Assembly: GCA_964016885.1 (NCBI GenBank)
Contig: OZ024745.1
Coordinates: forward strand, 107,012,001 to 107,076,000
Source of the DNA: Eledone cirrhosa
Taxonomy: Eukaryota
Direction: 5' to 3'
DNA length: 64,000 nucleotides
The number at the start of each line of letters is the position of its first letter. Positions within the stretch are counted from its first letter, which is position 1. Both the position numbers and the translations under genes were made by a program. The notes under the pieces were generated by a model. The model was not told the DNA's origin. It was given only the letters and a program-made list of their open reading frames with translations, and did not search any database. Shown piece by piece: positions 1 through 13,223 of the stretch.

Positions 1-20
1 ATATATATATATATATATTA

Positions 21-51
<31 letters not shown>

Positions 52-156
52 GATATGTAAACACATATATACATATACATACATACAAATATATATATAT
101 ATACATATATACATATCGCATACACTATTCGATTTTCACTTCGGCTTCATTATCAG

Positions 157-188
<32 letters not shown>

Positions 189-271
189 AAGTTTTATTTA
201 AATTGTTGTGTTACAACGAGTAAATATTTATAACTGATATAAAAGCACTCAACAAGTATTTGGAGTATATT

Positions 272-603
272 TACGATATTAAATGGAAACTATATTTATA
301 AAACCATAATTATTTCATTATATATATTTCAGGGATATCATATTAAAAATATGGTATGCCTTCATCAGACAAAATACAATTTAAACAGTCTTATAAATAG
401 ATAGATTTGACATACCTTACACTTCAACTTCCATTTTTTAAAAATGGAAGTTGAAGTGTAAGGTATGTCAAATCTATCTATTTATAAGACTGTTTAAATT
501 GTATTTTGTCTGATGAAGGCATACCATATTTTTAATATGATATCCCTGAAATATATATAATGAAATAAATATGGTTTTATAAATATAGTTTCCATTTAAT
601 ATC

Positions 604-606
<3 letters not shown>
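272..606. mobile_element. Fold-back (near-perfect palindrome) PLE-terminus fragment in (TA)n
   Basis: Arms 272-438 and 440-606 are reverse complements with one mismatch seen; centre 439; abuts (TA)n; contains the HHR. Confidence 0.8.
502..567 (+). ncRNA. Minimal type I hammerhead ribozyme motif (PLE-type)
   Basis: Stem I tattttgt(502-509)/atgaaata(560-567) with 2 GU pairs; core CTGATGA 510-516; stem II agg-c-ata-c-catatt/aatatg-a-tat-c-cct; GAAA 548-551; palindromic stem III tatata; AUA cleavage triplet. Antisense copy at ~311-376. Confidence 0.75.
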
Positions 607-669
<63 letters not shown>

Positions 670-864
670 TTAAACGATGTACGTTAATCATTCCGTCATT
701 AATCTAACAGAAGTCTGATGAGCTTTTGATTCCAGAATCAGGCCCTGTCGATGGAGATATAACCTTGAAATAATCAATCACGAAGCGGGTGTCACACCTG
801 AATAAACTTAATGAAAATTTGACACTTCGTCTATACTTACTATTATTATTATAACAGAGCGCCA

Positions 865-1027
865 CATACCATGCTTTGCAGCATAGAGTTATGGCCATTT
901 ACGTTCTGAGTTCAAATCCCACCGAGGTTAACTTTGCCTTTCATGCTTGCGGGGTCGATAAAATAAAGTACCAGTAATGTACTGAGGTATTTGTTGGCCT
1001 TGTGCCAAAAGTAGAAATAGTTATTAT
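865..1027 (+). mobile_element. tRNA-derived SINE (Meta/MESC-like core), 5'-truncated
   Basis: B-box gagttcaaatcc, core gcctttcat..cggggtcgataaaataaagtacc, tail ggccttgtgcc..gtagaaa + (att)n; matches many copies in the window. Confidence 0.85.
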
Positions 1028-1104
1028 AACACTCCAAAGTACATACTGGCGACTACACATATATTGCTCACTTTTGTGATCCAATAGTAACATGATGTTA
1101 CAAT

Positions 1105-1141
<37 letters not shown>

Positions 1142-1272
1142 GATAAATCTACCAAGAGTTTACGGTAGTGTCCAATCCGTATGAAGAACTCAATGTATTC
1201 CGGATATCATGGAAAGAAGAGATGTAATGAAAAATCACTTTCGGTGAAAGATAAACGGAATACAGAGTCAAG

Positions 1273-1695
1273 ATAAAATATTAAACAAATAATGAATAAA
1301 ACAATGAAACAGTTCCTTATATTAAACAAAAAAAGTTCATTATTTAACGATCGTTTCTAGGATATATATGTGTTAGAATTGGCATGCATATTCAACAGAT
1401 CTATGTACAAAATTATACAAAATTATACAAACTATCAAGATTAAATATACATACCAAACACACATATATGCCGTCTTCAGAAATAATTGATTATTTCTGA
1501 AGACGGCATATATGTGTGTTTGGTATGTATATTTAATCTTGATAGTTTGTATAATTTTGTATAATTTTGTACATAGATCTGTTGAATATGCATGCCAATT
1601 CTAACACATATATATCCTAGAAACGATCGTTAAATAATGAACTTTTTTTGTTTAATATAAGGAACTGTTTCATTGTTTTATTCATTATTTGTTTA

Positions 1696-1704
<9 letters not shown>
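1273..1704. mobile_element. 432-bp palindrome (fold-back PLE-terminus fragment) next to (TA)n
   Basis: Arms 1273-1487 and 1490-1704 are reverse complements around a 'tg' centre. Confidence 0.85.
1490..1638 (+). ncRNA. Type I hammerhead ribozyme motif with ~116-nt stem II
   Basis: Stem I attattt(1490-1496)/aaataat(1632-1638); CTGAAGA 1497-1503; long GU-rich hairpin 1504-1619; GAAA 1620-1623; palindromic stem III cgatcg; GUU triplet. Confidence 0.7.
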
Positions 1705-1750
<46 letters not shown>

Positions 1751-1754
<4 letters not shown>

Positions 1755-1877
1755 TTAATATAGATGAGATTCTACAGGACTAGAACTGTTTCATTCTTTA
1801 GAAATCATCAGGAATCCTGATGATTTCTAAAGAATGAAACAGTTCTAGTCCTGTAGAATCTCATCTATATTAAAACT
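1751..1877. mobile_element. 127-bp palindrome with HHR core (stem I lost at the inversion point)
   Basis: Arms around centre 1814; CTGATGA 1817-1823, t-ttct-aa-agaa-t stem II, GAAA 1836-1839, c..g-TC; (TA)n on both sides of the element. Confidence 0.7.
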
Positions 1878-2608
1878 TTTATACTCTGCTATGTATTGAG
1901 TACCTTACTTACTGTGGTTACCTCCGATTCAACCCGGAATAACGTATATATATATATATATATATATATATGATAAACTTAGGAAAATTTAGGGAGAAGA
2001 CAAGACAACGAACGAAAATAAAGCAAAACGAAAAACAATTTTTTAAGAAGAACCTTTAAAAAATTGTTTCTTTACAAAAATAAAAATACAAACGAAAGGC
2101 ACAGAACACCTGTGTTATCAGTCCTTGGGGTGGACTTTGGCAATTTCGACACCTACCAACAATACTTCTACTCGTGGTCACAGCATCTGACACAAGCCAA
2201 ACGCTGTCCAGTGGAGTTGGAGACAAAAGATAAGACATTAATTTATAGCAATTAAGCTATAACAATTACACTTAGAATTTGTGTGACATCTGGGAAAAGT
2301 GTGGTGCTTCTTATAGCACAAAAGTCTCGGAAATGAAACAGAGGAATAGAAAAGAAGGAAAGAAAGAATAAAGCAAGAAGAAAAAAGTAAGATATCGAGT
2401 TACTATATATATATATATATATATATTTGAAAAAAAGGAAAAGAATGATTTAATTTTATAATATTATAATATTATAAAATTAAATCAAATTCTTTAACAC
2501 TAATATATATATATATATAGTAAAAAATTGAACGGGAACAAAACAGAGAGGCAGTACGAACAAAGGTTTATTAGTTTCACGCTCTTGAGAGTGAGGTGGT
2601 GGTGGGAA

Positions 2609-2640
2609 ACGACGTTTCGGGCATAAGCCCTTCTTCAGGT
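2609..2640 (-). ncRNA. Minimal PLE-type hammerhead motif
   Basis: Minus strand reads ac-CTGAAGA-a-gggc-ttat-gccc-GAAA-cg-TC-gt, followed by aataaa; lies in a (TA)n-flanked ~210-bp segment; stem I is only 2 bp. Confidence 0.6.
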
Positions 2641-2725
2641 GAAAAGTGTGTGGGAAGAGAGTTCCAAGGGTGTGTAGGGGAGTGGTGGAGAGACATATAG
2701 AAAAAAGGGGGTGAGAAGAAACGGT

Positions 2726-2763
<38 letters not shown>

Positions 2764-3374
2764 TAATAAATCACCAGAAACATTGAAACGTAAAAAAATA
2801 TAACATTTTCAATGACTGAAAATATAGAAATAAATATAAAGATATATGAAACGGATTGTTGCTTGTGCTTTTGTTTCTTTGTGGTGGTGTAAGTGTAAGT
2901 AATGGTGGTTGTGGATGTAGTAAATGTAAGGAGCGAATATAGAGGTGGTCATGTTTGTGCTGATGCTGAATGTAGAGATGATACTGGTAGTGACGTGGGG
3001 GTAGTGGTGTTGGTCTGAAAATTAAAGTGAGGTTAAGTTGATCGTTGACTAGTATAGAAGAGGGCACGGCACACACATGAATAACTGATTTTGACGGTAC
3101 GCCTGTTAAACATTATACTTCTTTCTGTCGTCGAAGTTATTTTCCATGATTTTCCTTGCGTTAATAATTACGTAATGCTGCCCTCATGCAACCAGCAACA
3201 CAACTTCATCAGACAGCATCTTCAGTATTGAAGTTGTGTAAAATCTCAAATGAAATACAGGCTATCAATAAGGGGACGGAGGAATTCACTGTTGGTCCTG
3301 TGAGAGTGTGTCCCCTTATCATAGTCGAAATTGTATATATAAATATACGTATATATGCGTATATATATATATAT

Positions 3375-3466
<92 letters not shown>

Positions 3467-3470
<4 letters not shown>

Positions 3471-3676
3471 TTATTAAAATAACAGATTAAAGTTTAAGCA
3501 AAGAATCACTGCTTTCACCCTTAACGGGATCTTCTGAGATCCCGTTAAGGGTGAAAGCAGCGATTCTTTGCTTAAACTTTAATTTGTTATTTTAATAAAT
3601 ATTTGCTCTACGGTTCTTATATATTTGATATATATTTATCCTTATCGAGCCCTCTTTGGATTTTACTCTTCAAATT
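3467..3676. mobile_element. Fold-back PLE-terminus fragment with truncated HHR core; sister copy at 47051-47190
   Basis: Palindrome 3467-3602 centred at 3534.5; aga-t-ccc-gttaa-ggg-t-GAAA-gcagc; 3537-3676 matches 47051-47190 in reverse complement. Confidence 0.7.
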
Positions 3677-3778
3677 TATTATTATTACTATATGTGTCTG
3701 TGTATGCACCCACATACATACATATATATATATATGTATATATGTGTGTATATATATATATGGAAATATATATATGTA

Positions 3779-3829
<51 letters not shown>

Positions 3830-3911
3830 GTGTAAATATATGTACATATATATATATATATATATATACATATATACATACACACACACACACACACACA
3901 CACAGACACAC

Positions 3912-3945
<34 letters not shown>

Positions 3946-4253
3946 GTGTGTGTGTGTGCCTGTATATACATGCATACACATATTTAGTTACACACGTAAA
4001 CTAACGTTCAAACAGGTATTCCTTATAAAAAAAATTCATCGACAAAATACAATATGAACAGTTTGACCAACTACAATACAAGTGAACAAATATAACACAA
4101 AAGCAATTCATTTCTATCGCTTTATCTTTGAGACAATAAATATTCTGTTATCTACTATCATTTTCCATAACTATACTTAGCGGCTCTACACGTTTTCTTT
4201 CGTGTTTTTTGGAAATATTTTGACAGCCAATTATTATGGTTTCCATCCTCCTT

Positions 4254-4339
4254 ATCATCATCATCATCATCATCAGTAGCAGCAGCAGCAGCTGCACCGC
4301 CACTACCACCACCATCATCATCACCATCATCGTCACCAA

Positions 4340-4386
<47 letters not shown>

Positions 4387-4520
4387 ATATCATCATCATC
4401 ATAATCACCATCATCGTCATCACCATCACCATCACCATCACCATCACCTTCTTCTTCTTCTTCTTCTTCTTCTTCTTCTTCTTCTTCTTCTTCTTCTTCT
4501 TCTTCTTCTTCTTCTTCTTC
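4254..4520. repeat. Compound (ATC)n/(TTC)n microsatellite
   Basis: Visible trinucleotide tracts. Confidence 0.95.
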
Positions 4521-4570
4521 CGATGGGATAGAGTCTTTCAGGGCTGCTGGCCATCACGTACATAGACCAG

Positions 4571-5200
4571 TTGAAGCGCACATCACTCACTACCTGCCGC
4601 TCTTGCTCTTTCTTTTCCAGGTATGTGGGTGACGTCCTTGTGATCACTTCATCAGGTGAAGAAGCTGCCAAGATTTACATCATCTTTGAAAACATAGGCC
4701 CATACGTATTATTTGAGGTTGAACATCCAGACACCACTGGATCCTACACTTTACTCGACTTTACACTAAGAGTCACAGAGGAGGCTATCCATATACACAT
4801 ACTTTTATAGAAAGGGTTCCTGCAGAGATATTTTTGTACACCACGACTCCGACTCCTCTACAAAGACAAAATGATTTATACAAATTTGTCGATCGACTTG
4901 CGTCAAATCGAGCTGAGGAAACAATGTTTCCGTTGGTTTTTCCAATTGCTAATACGATTTATCGGTCGCAACTCCAGGTAGAAGGAGCAACGTGAAATAA
5001 AGTGTCTTGCTCAAGGACATAACGCATCGCCCGGTCCAGGAATCGAACTCACAAAAAAATGATCTATATACAGAATGAAATCTCCCGGATACAAGGGTAG
5101 CGACAAACATACCAGCACGGTGGATTTCCAAAGAGTTCTAACCGAAAACGACTACTTTACTTCTCTGAGCAAACACCGAAATGCCAAGGCAGCAGCACGT
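4571..5200 (+). pseudogene. Decayed Penelope-like reverse transcriptase fragment, interrupted by a SINE
   Basis: ORF 4571-4810 has FFSRYVGDVLV (RYVDD-like motif), FEVEHPD...LLDF, then frameshifted YRK..DIFVHH; later LTENDY (L..NGYP-like). SINE piece at ~4975-5055 minus. Confidence 0.7.
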
Positions 5201-5244
5201 AAAAGTACTACACACACACACACCCACACATATATTTATATATA

Positions 5245-5310
5245 TGATGAAGGAATAGTGTCCGAAACGTTATGACTCTCTTTCTACTATTTCAAGCGTT
5301 AAACTAATAT
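5245..5310 (+). ncRNA. 5'-truncated PLE-type hammerhead motif
   Basis: (C)TGATGA-a-gga-atagtg-tcc-GAAA-cg-TT starting directly after (TA)n; shares downstream gcgt.aaactaat with the 2609 element. Confidence 0.5.
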
Positions 5311-5422
5311 ATTTCTTCCATGTACTGTGCCGTTTGTTTTATTACTTTTGATATTTATGTGTACCTTTTATATACACCCACACAGAGACAATCACACATA
5401 CACACACAAATATATCTCTCTA

Positions 5423-5460
<38 letters not shown>

Positions 5461-5513
5461 CACACACATATCTATATTTGTACGTGTGTGTGAGAGAAGG
5501 AGAGAATAAATGT

Positions 5514-5597
<84 letters not shown>

Positions 5598-7737
5598 AGT
5601 ATATATTTGTATATTTGTATGTGCTTGTAAAGATACAGAGAAATAGAGAGGCGGCAGTGCATATGGAGAATTTGTGTCACCTTTAGAAGAATTTGGAGAG
5701 AAATGTGTAAGACGGATCTAGATGAGAAAACTGTAAGACGGATCTAGATGCCATGTCTACTTGTTCAGCAGCAGTTGTAGAGTTTGTGTTGTTATCGTTG
5801 TAGTCGTGATGTGTGCTGGTGAAGGTGGTGTCACTATGTTTGTGGTGATACTAGCATGGGATAATGGACGTAGTGATAATCATGAGGGAATATATATATA
5901 TATATATATGAAAACGTAAGTGACAGATCAAATTCATGACAGTAGCAACTTATAAAAATGTCAAGTCTTACTCGAATTTTCTTTAAATCCTATTGAAACC
6001 GAACATTAGAAGGTAACTTTAACAAGTCACCTAGTTTTAGTGTGTATTGAGAGAATTGTGGCGGTTTTACTTACATATGTATTTACTGTAAGGAAAAAAA
6101 TCAGCCGTTTCGGCCTTCATGCCTTTTATCGACATGTTTTCAACCTCAATACAATTATTTTAAAAAATTGTGGGTGCCCCCATTTCGGTTCTCTCTAAAT
6201 ATTAATTGTTTCTACTTTAGGCACAAGGCCAGCAATTACCCAGTGCATTACTGGTACTTTATTTTATCGACCCCGTAAGGATGAAAGGCAAAGTCAACCT
6301 CTCTAAATATTAATAAAGACATTATAGCTAGCAGAAGTTGATCTTCAATACAGTATGACTACTGTTAGGCACCGCTGGAAGAAATTAAGTCCTTAGGTGG
6401 CGTAGAAATCGTTGCAAAATGTAGTCGGTAGCCAATAAAAGGAATGACCCGCAGTGCCATAAACATATAAAATATAGAAATCTATAAACATTTCTTTTCG
6501 ATTATATTATTGTTATTGTTATCATAATACTAACAGCGCTGTTATTTTTATAGTTGTTAGTGGTGTTGGATACCATCATGTTAGACCTGATCCAGCAGAG
6601 CTAGGACTCAAAAAATGTTCGAACAGTAACCTATTTCTAAGACTACTTGGAACTGCAATATCAAATCTAATCTATCTCTCTATTCTAAAACGATAGGATG
6701 TAATTTGAGGTAGGCTTGGTTGCTATTTCTAGGAAGCAGTATAGGAATTATCTGTCAAAGACTTATCTAGAGAGTTGTTGTTATTGATGTAGTTAGTTTA
6801 CCGAAGTGAGAGAGATGTTGATTGATGTGTTAAAAATGATGTCAGTGGGGTCTTTGGTTTGCGGCTTCGGGAATGACCGTTGTATGGAATGTTCTAAGAA
6901 ATGGGAAATATCATCGCCGCATTTGTCATGTGTCATCATAAAATACTTTTATACAGCGCTCCCTCAAGAAACAGCGGGCTGACAGGCTGAAGACAGATAA
7001 CACTGTAGATAGTTAAAGACAGAGAAACGCAATTTTGTCGAAGCACTGTGATTGCCCCTCCCCCTCACACAGACACTAACACACAGACACATACACATAT
7101 ACACACATACACAAGGAGTCACGCACAAAAGCACGCACATGCTCACCTCATTCTCTCTCTCACTATATATATATATATACACACACATACACAAAATTAA
7201 TATATATATATATATATATACACACAGACAAAGATAATTGGCTGAGCTTGCTACATGAGTGATTCAAAGGCTTAGATTTTCATGCTGGTATATATTTTAT
7301 TAACACAAGATCAACGAAATGTAATGTTAATAGTCAGTAGGACATGAACTTACTAAGCAATGAGTTGTTAAGTATTAGAACGTTCTGCCGATTGTCACCC
7401 AGTAACTTAATAACAAGTATTGTAGAATGCGTTTGGTTTATGGGTGAGGATGTTCGACTCAAAGTCGTATATATAAACCGAAGGGAACCTACGATATATA
7501 TATATATATATATGTATGTATACATATATACACACACACAACACACAGCACACAAACACGAACACACACACACACGCACACACGCGCACACAAACACGAA
7601 CACACACACACACACACACGCATGCACACACGCGCACACACACACACACAGATACACACATACACACACACGCGTTCACATACACACACATATACACACA
7701 CACACACATATATACAAAAAGATACATTTATTTGTAG

Positions 7738-8047
7738 CATCGTGAAAGGCTTTGGGAGTAAACAATGAGGATTAATCCGGAGCCGGAGTCTCGATGTTAT
7801 ATCCAGCCTCATTCTGGCAACTGCTGTGCTACTGTTACCAAGTTATATTGACCCTTGCTCTTCCCTTGGACAAAATCGGTGGCGAGGAGAGGTAAGACCT
7901 GATGCATGGGAAACAACCGATCACTCATAAAACTTTGGTTGGCGTAGAGCAAGGAGCCAGGGGCTGCTTTTGACGGAGAAAGAGTCCATCGTACCTCACG
8001 GGACAGCTACAATCCGCCTTATGATCTTTCGAGACAGACGGATGCTA
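7738..8047 (+). mobile_element. Probable RTE-derived non-autonomous retroelement
   Basis: GC-richer ~300-bp block ending gacagacggatgc, resembling RTE-type termini; single copy here. Confidence 0.35.
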
Positions 8048-8740
8048 AATACAATAATGATAGGATCGTGATAATATTGGTTGGGGGAGATAGCATGACA
8101 ATCGATTCAATTGATCCCGGTACATATCCCACACTTTATTTATCGACCCAGAAAAGATGAAATGGATAGTGCATACCTGCATAATATTTTGAATGCCAAA
8201 TGGAAAGTATCATAATCAGAAATTATCTTCCTCGCCATTCTACCAATTCTCTCATATATACCTCTAATAATTGTTTGGCCATGCCATCAGTCGTAGGAAA
8301 GGAGTATGCCAGTTAAATCCACCCCTGTATACGTAGTACATTAAACTAAAGACATAAACAGACGGAACAAATACCAAAAAGCACTTTGTCCTACGCTCTA
8401 ACGATTTTGCCCATCCCTATAATAATTGTTTCTATTTTTGGCACAAGGCCAGCAAATATCCCAATGCATTTCTGGTGCTCTAGTTTATCGACCCCGCAAG
8501 GATGAAAAGCAAAGCTAACCTCGGCGGGATTTGAACAGAATGTGGGCTAGAATATAGTCGATTACACGTGAACTCTGATCGGAAAGGAAAGGAATATAAG
8601 GAAACAAGTTAATTTGTTCGTCGCATTTACTTAGTCTTCCAACACTGCCCTCATATACGCACATACACATACACATACGCCCCCTACTCTTTCTAACACT
8701 AACACACACACTTACACATCACACACATATATTATTTATG

Positions 8741-8925
8741 TTGAATTGGCAGTATCGCTAGAGGGTCGGACATGCTTTCCAGCATAGTTACGTGGCTTTA
8801 CGATCTGAGTTCAAATCCTGCCGAAGTTAACTTTACCTTTAATCCTTACGGGGTCGATAAAATAAAGAACCTGTAAATTACTGGGTAATTGCTGGCCTTG
8901 TGCCAAAAATAAAAACAGTTATTAA
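8741..8925 (+). mobile_element. tRNA-derived SINE (Meta/MESC-like core)
   Basis: A-box tggcagtatcg, B-box gagttcaaatcc, core and tail present. Confidence 0.9.
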
Positions 8926-9009
8926 TGGTGAATGTAAGTAACTAATTAAAATTGATGCCGATCCAGTAATTTGCACTATACTTTCGCTAATGATATCAGG
9001 TGTCTCTGT

Positions 9010-9325
9010 CATGGTCACAGACGCCATCCTGACTCTCTAACTCTTAATCAAGCAGCGTGTGTTTGCCACGGAGAACGAAAGTTACATCACCGGAATGGAT
9101 GTTTATCTAACTCGAAGTTGGATATTGAGTGTGTGACAAGTCTGGTCCTTTGTATTACAAGTACAGTCCATCGAACGGGCTTCCAAACAGACTTCTTCTG
9201 CACAGTTTCATTCATATGGCCAGCGCCGAGCCGAGGTTTTGGTAAATGACACTTACCTAAGTAGCGACGCGGTAAGGTTAAATCTGAGATCTAATGATTG
9301 TGAAACGATCTCTTAAATTACTGGC
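9010..9325 (-). mobile_element. Old tRNA-derived SINE of a different family
   Basis: Minus strand has a decayed tRNA head and cttaggtaagtgtc..gaagcccgt motifs resembling octopod SINEs. Confidence 0.45.
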
Positions 9326-9513
9326 TTGTCTCTCAACATATATATATTTTTCAACAGCAATACAACTCAACATCACTACCCCAGTGGTGCGGTTAACTAC
9401 ATTGTATTCACACTGCTCCAAGGCATTTAACCATCCGGCAATTATGCACCTCCTAATGTAATTACAAATAAAGAAAATGGCAAAAAATAATAATACGGTA
9501 GAAGACATTTAAT

Positions 9514-9697
9514 TGTTTCTACGTTAGGCACAAGGCCAGCAACATACCCAGTGCATTACTGGTACTTTATTTTATCGACCCTGTAAGGATGAAATGCAAA
9601 GTCAACCTCGGCGGGATTTGAACTCAGATCGTAAAGGGACGTAACTATGCTGGAAAGCATGGCGTCCGACTCGCTATCGATACTACCAATCCACCAT
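9514..9697 (-). mobile_element. Full-length tRNA-derived SINE with TSD
   Basis: Flanked by the direct repeat cggtagaagacatttaat (9496-9513, 9698-9715). Confidence 0.92.
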
Positions 9698-9968
9698 CGG
9701 TAGAAGACATTTAATATGAGAGAAATATGAGAAAAATAATGTATTTGTGTGCTAGAAATTGAGCAGTGAAACTTCGATTAAAAATTAAAGCCTTTAATAA
9801 TATCGTCTCGTATATAAAGATTAGAATAGCTTATATGACTGTCTGTTTTGTATCATGAGACACAGTCTACTAACTCTATTAAACATCTCCGAATTTACGA
9901 ATAAAATAAAGGGTCACGAGATTTTAAGGTATTATGTCTGTCTGTTCATGTTTTCTTTACCTTTTTAA

Positions 9969-10020
<52 letters not shown>

Positions 10021-10066
10021 TATGTGTTAATATATATATATGAGTTAATATATATATATATATTTA

Positions 10067-10097
<31 letters not shown>

Positions 10098-10129
10098 GTA
10101 TGTATACATACACACACATATATATATAT

Positions 10130-10215
<86 letters not shown>

Positions 10216-10303
10216 GTATATATGTATATATGTATATGTATACACTTTTGATATACATATATGTGTGTGCATATGACTACTTGCGTGAGAGAGGGATATA
10301 CAC

Positions 10304-10415
<112 letters not shown>

Positions 10416-11017
10416 GTATATGTGTCTCTGTGTATTTATTATTTTTCGCGACGAATCCAATTTCGGTCTAGTCGTAAAAGTTTGAACGGGATGGCGTAAG
10501 AAGTCTATGAAAGACTAATAAACACCGACGTTATGGTCCGTATTTAAGGTGAAAAGACTCTGTAGGATATTTAATTTCTTGAAGCGAGTCAAGTAAAATA
10601 AAAATGGAAATAACGACAAAAGCTGACGCCGTTTAAATTCTCCATTCAAAAATGACTTGCATCGGATTATTTGCGCTAGTGTAATTTCCTACTTTACTGC
10701 TTCTTTCATTTTCACTGATATCTTAAATTCATTCTTTTTTCTCCTCTCACTCGCCCAGTCATATCTCATATCCATATATACCTTTTGTTCTTTGTTTCTC
10801 TTTATCTATTAATCTATTATTTCTATCTTATTATCCTCTCACTCTCTATGTATTTTTCTATATATAAGTTTATGATTGTTCAGCAATTCTAGCACAGAAA
10901 CCCACACGCCCACATATACTGTATATGTATATATAGTTATATATATATATGTCTGAGAATACGCGTATATGCGCGCGCACACACGAATACACACACACAC
11001 ACGCACATATATATATA

Positions 11018-11205
11018 TAGGAAAATAGTCAGCACGCCGAAGGCTGAGCTCCGGCCGTTTCGACAGCTAACCTAGCTTTCGAAATGGCCGGATCTCAACC
11101 GTCGGGGTCCTGACTCTTTTTATTATTACCCACTCTACTACCCTAAGTATCGAGTACTCTGATGCGTTATGGTCCACCTGGCTCCTTACCACACTTCCTT
11201 CGTTA
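11018..11205 (+). mobile_element. Hairpin-headed short element (family with 48041-48230 and 51854-52022)
   Basis: Imperfect hairpin ~11022-11120, then attacccactctactaccctaagtat..gcgttatggtcca..ttccttcgtta shared by all three copies; microsatellite flanks. Confidence 0.75.
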
Positions 11206-11213
11206 CACCCCCT

Positions 11214-11317
<104 letters not shown>

Positions 11318-11338
11318 ATATATATATATGTATGTATG

Positions 11339-11540
11339 AATGTAATCTAAGTTTTAATAACATTCGATTCGTTTGCAATTATGCAAACAAGCCTCATTTT
11401 ATAGCCATGTCAGTAGAATGAACTCTTCATTCTTGTTCTTGGTTTGGCATGCCAACATGGCTATAAAAATGAGGCTTGTTTGCATAATTGCAAACGAATC
11501 GAATGTTATTATTAATATTCGAAAAACTCAGATTACATTT
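11339..11540. mobile_element. Fold-back element (family with 23545-23840)
   Basis: Inverted arms ~11339-11411 and ~11455-11540; the second copy at 23545-23840 is in opposite orientation and carries a SINE insertion. Confidence 0.75.
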
Positions 11541-11633
11541 ATTGTATTCAGCCCTGTAGAGCGCGAACATTTTCTTTTTTTGCTTATATATGTATGTATG
11601 TATACACACACACACATACACACACACACACAT

Positions 11634-11709
<76 letters not shown>

Positions 11710-12239
11710 ACATACATATAATTAGACTTTAGCTTCGAACATAGCTCTATACAAATATATATTTGAATTTCGTATTTCTAAAGAAATACGGTATGTTTAT
11801 AAATAAACATTTAGAAAACCATAGCTATGAAAATATGTTAATTAATTATGTTAATTAATTATGACTTATAATACACCCGATTTTTTCAAACTATTATTTA
11901 TAACAGACGTTTATCTGAAGGAAATGGTGATAGAATCTTTGTAGCGGTCACAGGATACTTTTTCCCGTCCATAGGAGTATGTTACCCAATTTCTAAGCGG
12001 AGCGAACTGGAGTTACGTGAAATAAAGTGTCTTGCTCAAGAACATAACGCAAAGCCCGGTCCAAGAATCGAACTCACAACCTCATGATTGTGAGACCGAC
12101 GCTCTAACCACTAAGCCATACGTCTCCATATCCATATGCATTTTTACCTATCAGAAGCAAAATTATGCCCAAGAAAAAATAGGTATAAATATATTTCAAC
12201 ATATCTATCGCAATTGATTATCAGTTCATATATTTTCAT

Positions 12240-12526
12240 AGTTACGTCCCTTTACGGACTGAGTTCAAATCCCGCCGAGGTTAACTTTGCCTTTCATCCT
12301 TACGGGGTCGATAAAATAAAGTACCAGTAATGTACTGGGATAATTGCTGGCCTTGTGCCTAAAGTAGAAACAATTATAGTTTCAGCACAGCTACGTCCCT
12401 TTACGGACTGAGTTCAAATCCCGCCGAGGTTAACTTTGCCTTTCATCCTTACGGGGTCGATAAAATAAAGTACCAGTAATGTACTGGGATAATTGCTGGC
12501 CTTGTGCCTAAAGTAGAAACAATTAT
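12240..12526 (+). mobile_element. Two tandem 5'-truncated SINE copies
   Basis: Near-identical ~140-bp units at 12240-12378 and 12390-12526. Confidence 0.9.
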
Positions 12527-12789
12527 ATTTCAATTTCCATATTCTTCTGACAAGTGTTGCAACTGGCAGATTGTATCAGCAAGAGAAAGACCAACGGAAA
12601 CATAGTTTCTTCTGGCCCACCTAACGATCGGCTCATTTCCTACATATTATCTAATGTACCATTATTCACCTTCGTACGGAAATATATTCTTGATATAACA
12701 CACACATATGTGTGTGTGTGTGTGTATGTGTCAGTATGTATGTTTTTTATGCACGGGCACATAGAAATAATCGGGCTGGATACCCAATC

Positions 12790-13108
12790 GCGCGCTTAAA
12801 CCACTGGTAGTGAAGGACCCGTAACCTTTGTCAGGGCATTCTTCGAGGAGAAGGTAACTCAGTAAACTGGGGTAATTCAGAAATAAAACCTGCGGCTCAG
12901 CAGTTATCGATGATGTTGATCTTTTCTTCTTTTCGGGTTATAGCTACTGTCGTTTAGAGAGTGGGATTGCGTTAGTGCACAGTCTTTCCTCACTCAAAAA
13001 AAATATTCACGCACAGGCATTGCACGATGGCATTAATTGATAATTATTAATAATGTTATATCGTGCCATGGCCATACTCGATAACGAGGGGGCAGCCATA
13101 ATCATGTA
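12790..13108 (+). mobile_element. RTE-derived non-autonomous element, family B
   Basis: Matches 30603-30922; 3' stem-loop tail ggccatactcgataacgagggggcagcc followed by (atgt)n. Confidence 0.7.
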
Positions 13109-13223
13109 TGTTTGTATGTGTATCAATGTATATATGCGTTGTATCTTTCACCGATGTATACAGTCGAAGGAATGCAACACCGACAAAATCCCGTTCTTCA
13201 CGAACATAATCCCTTGAGATATT

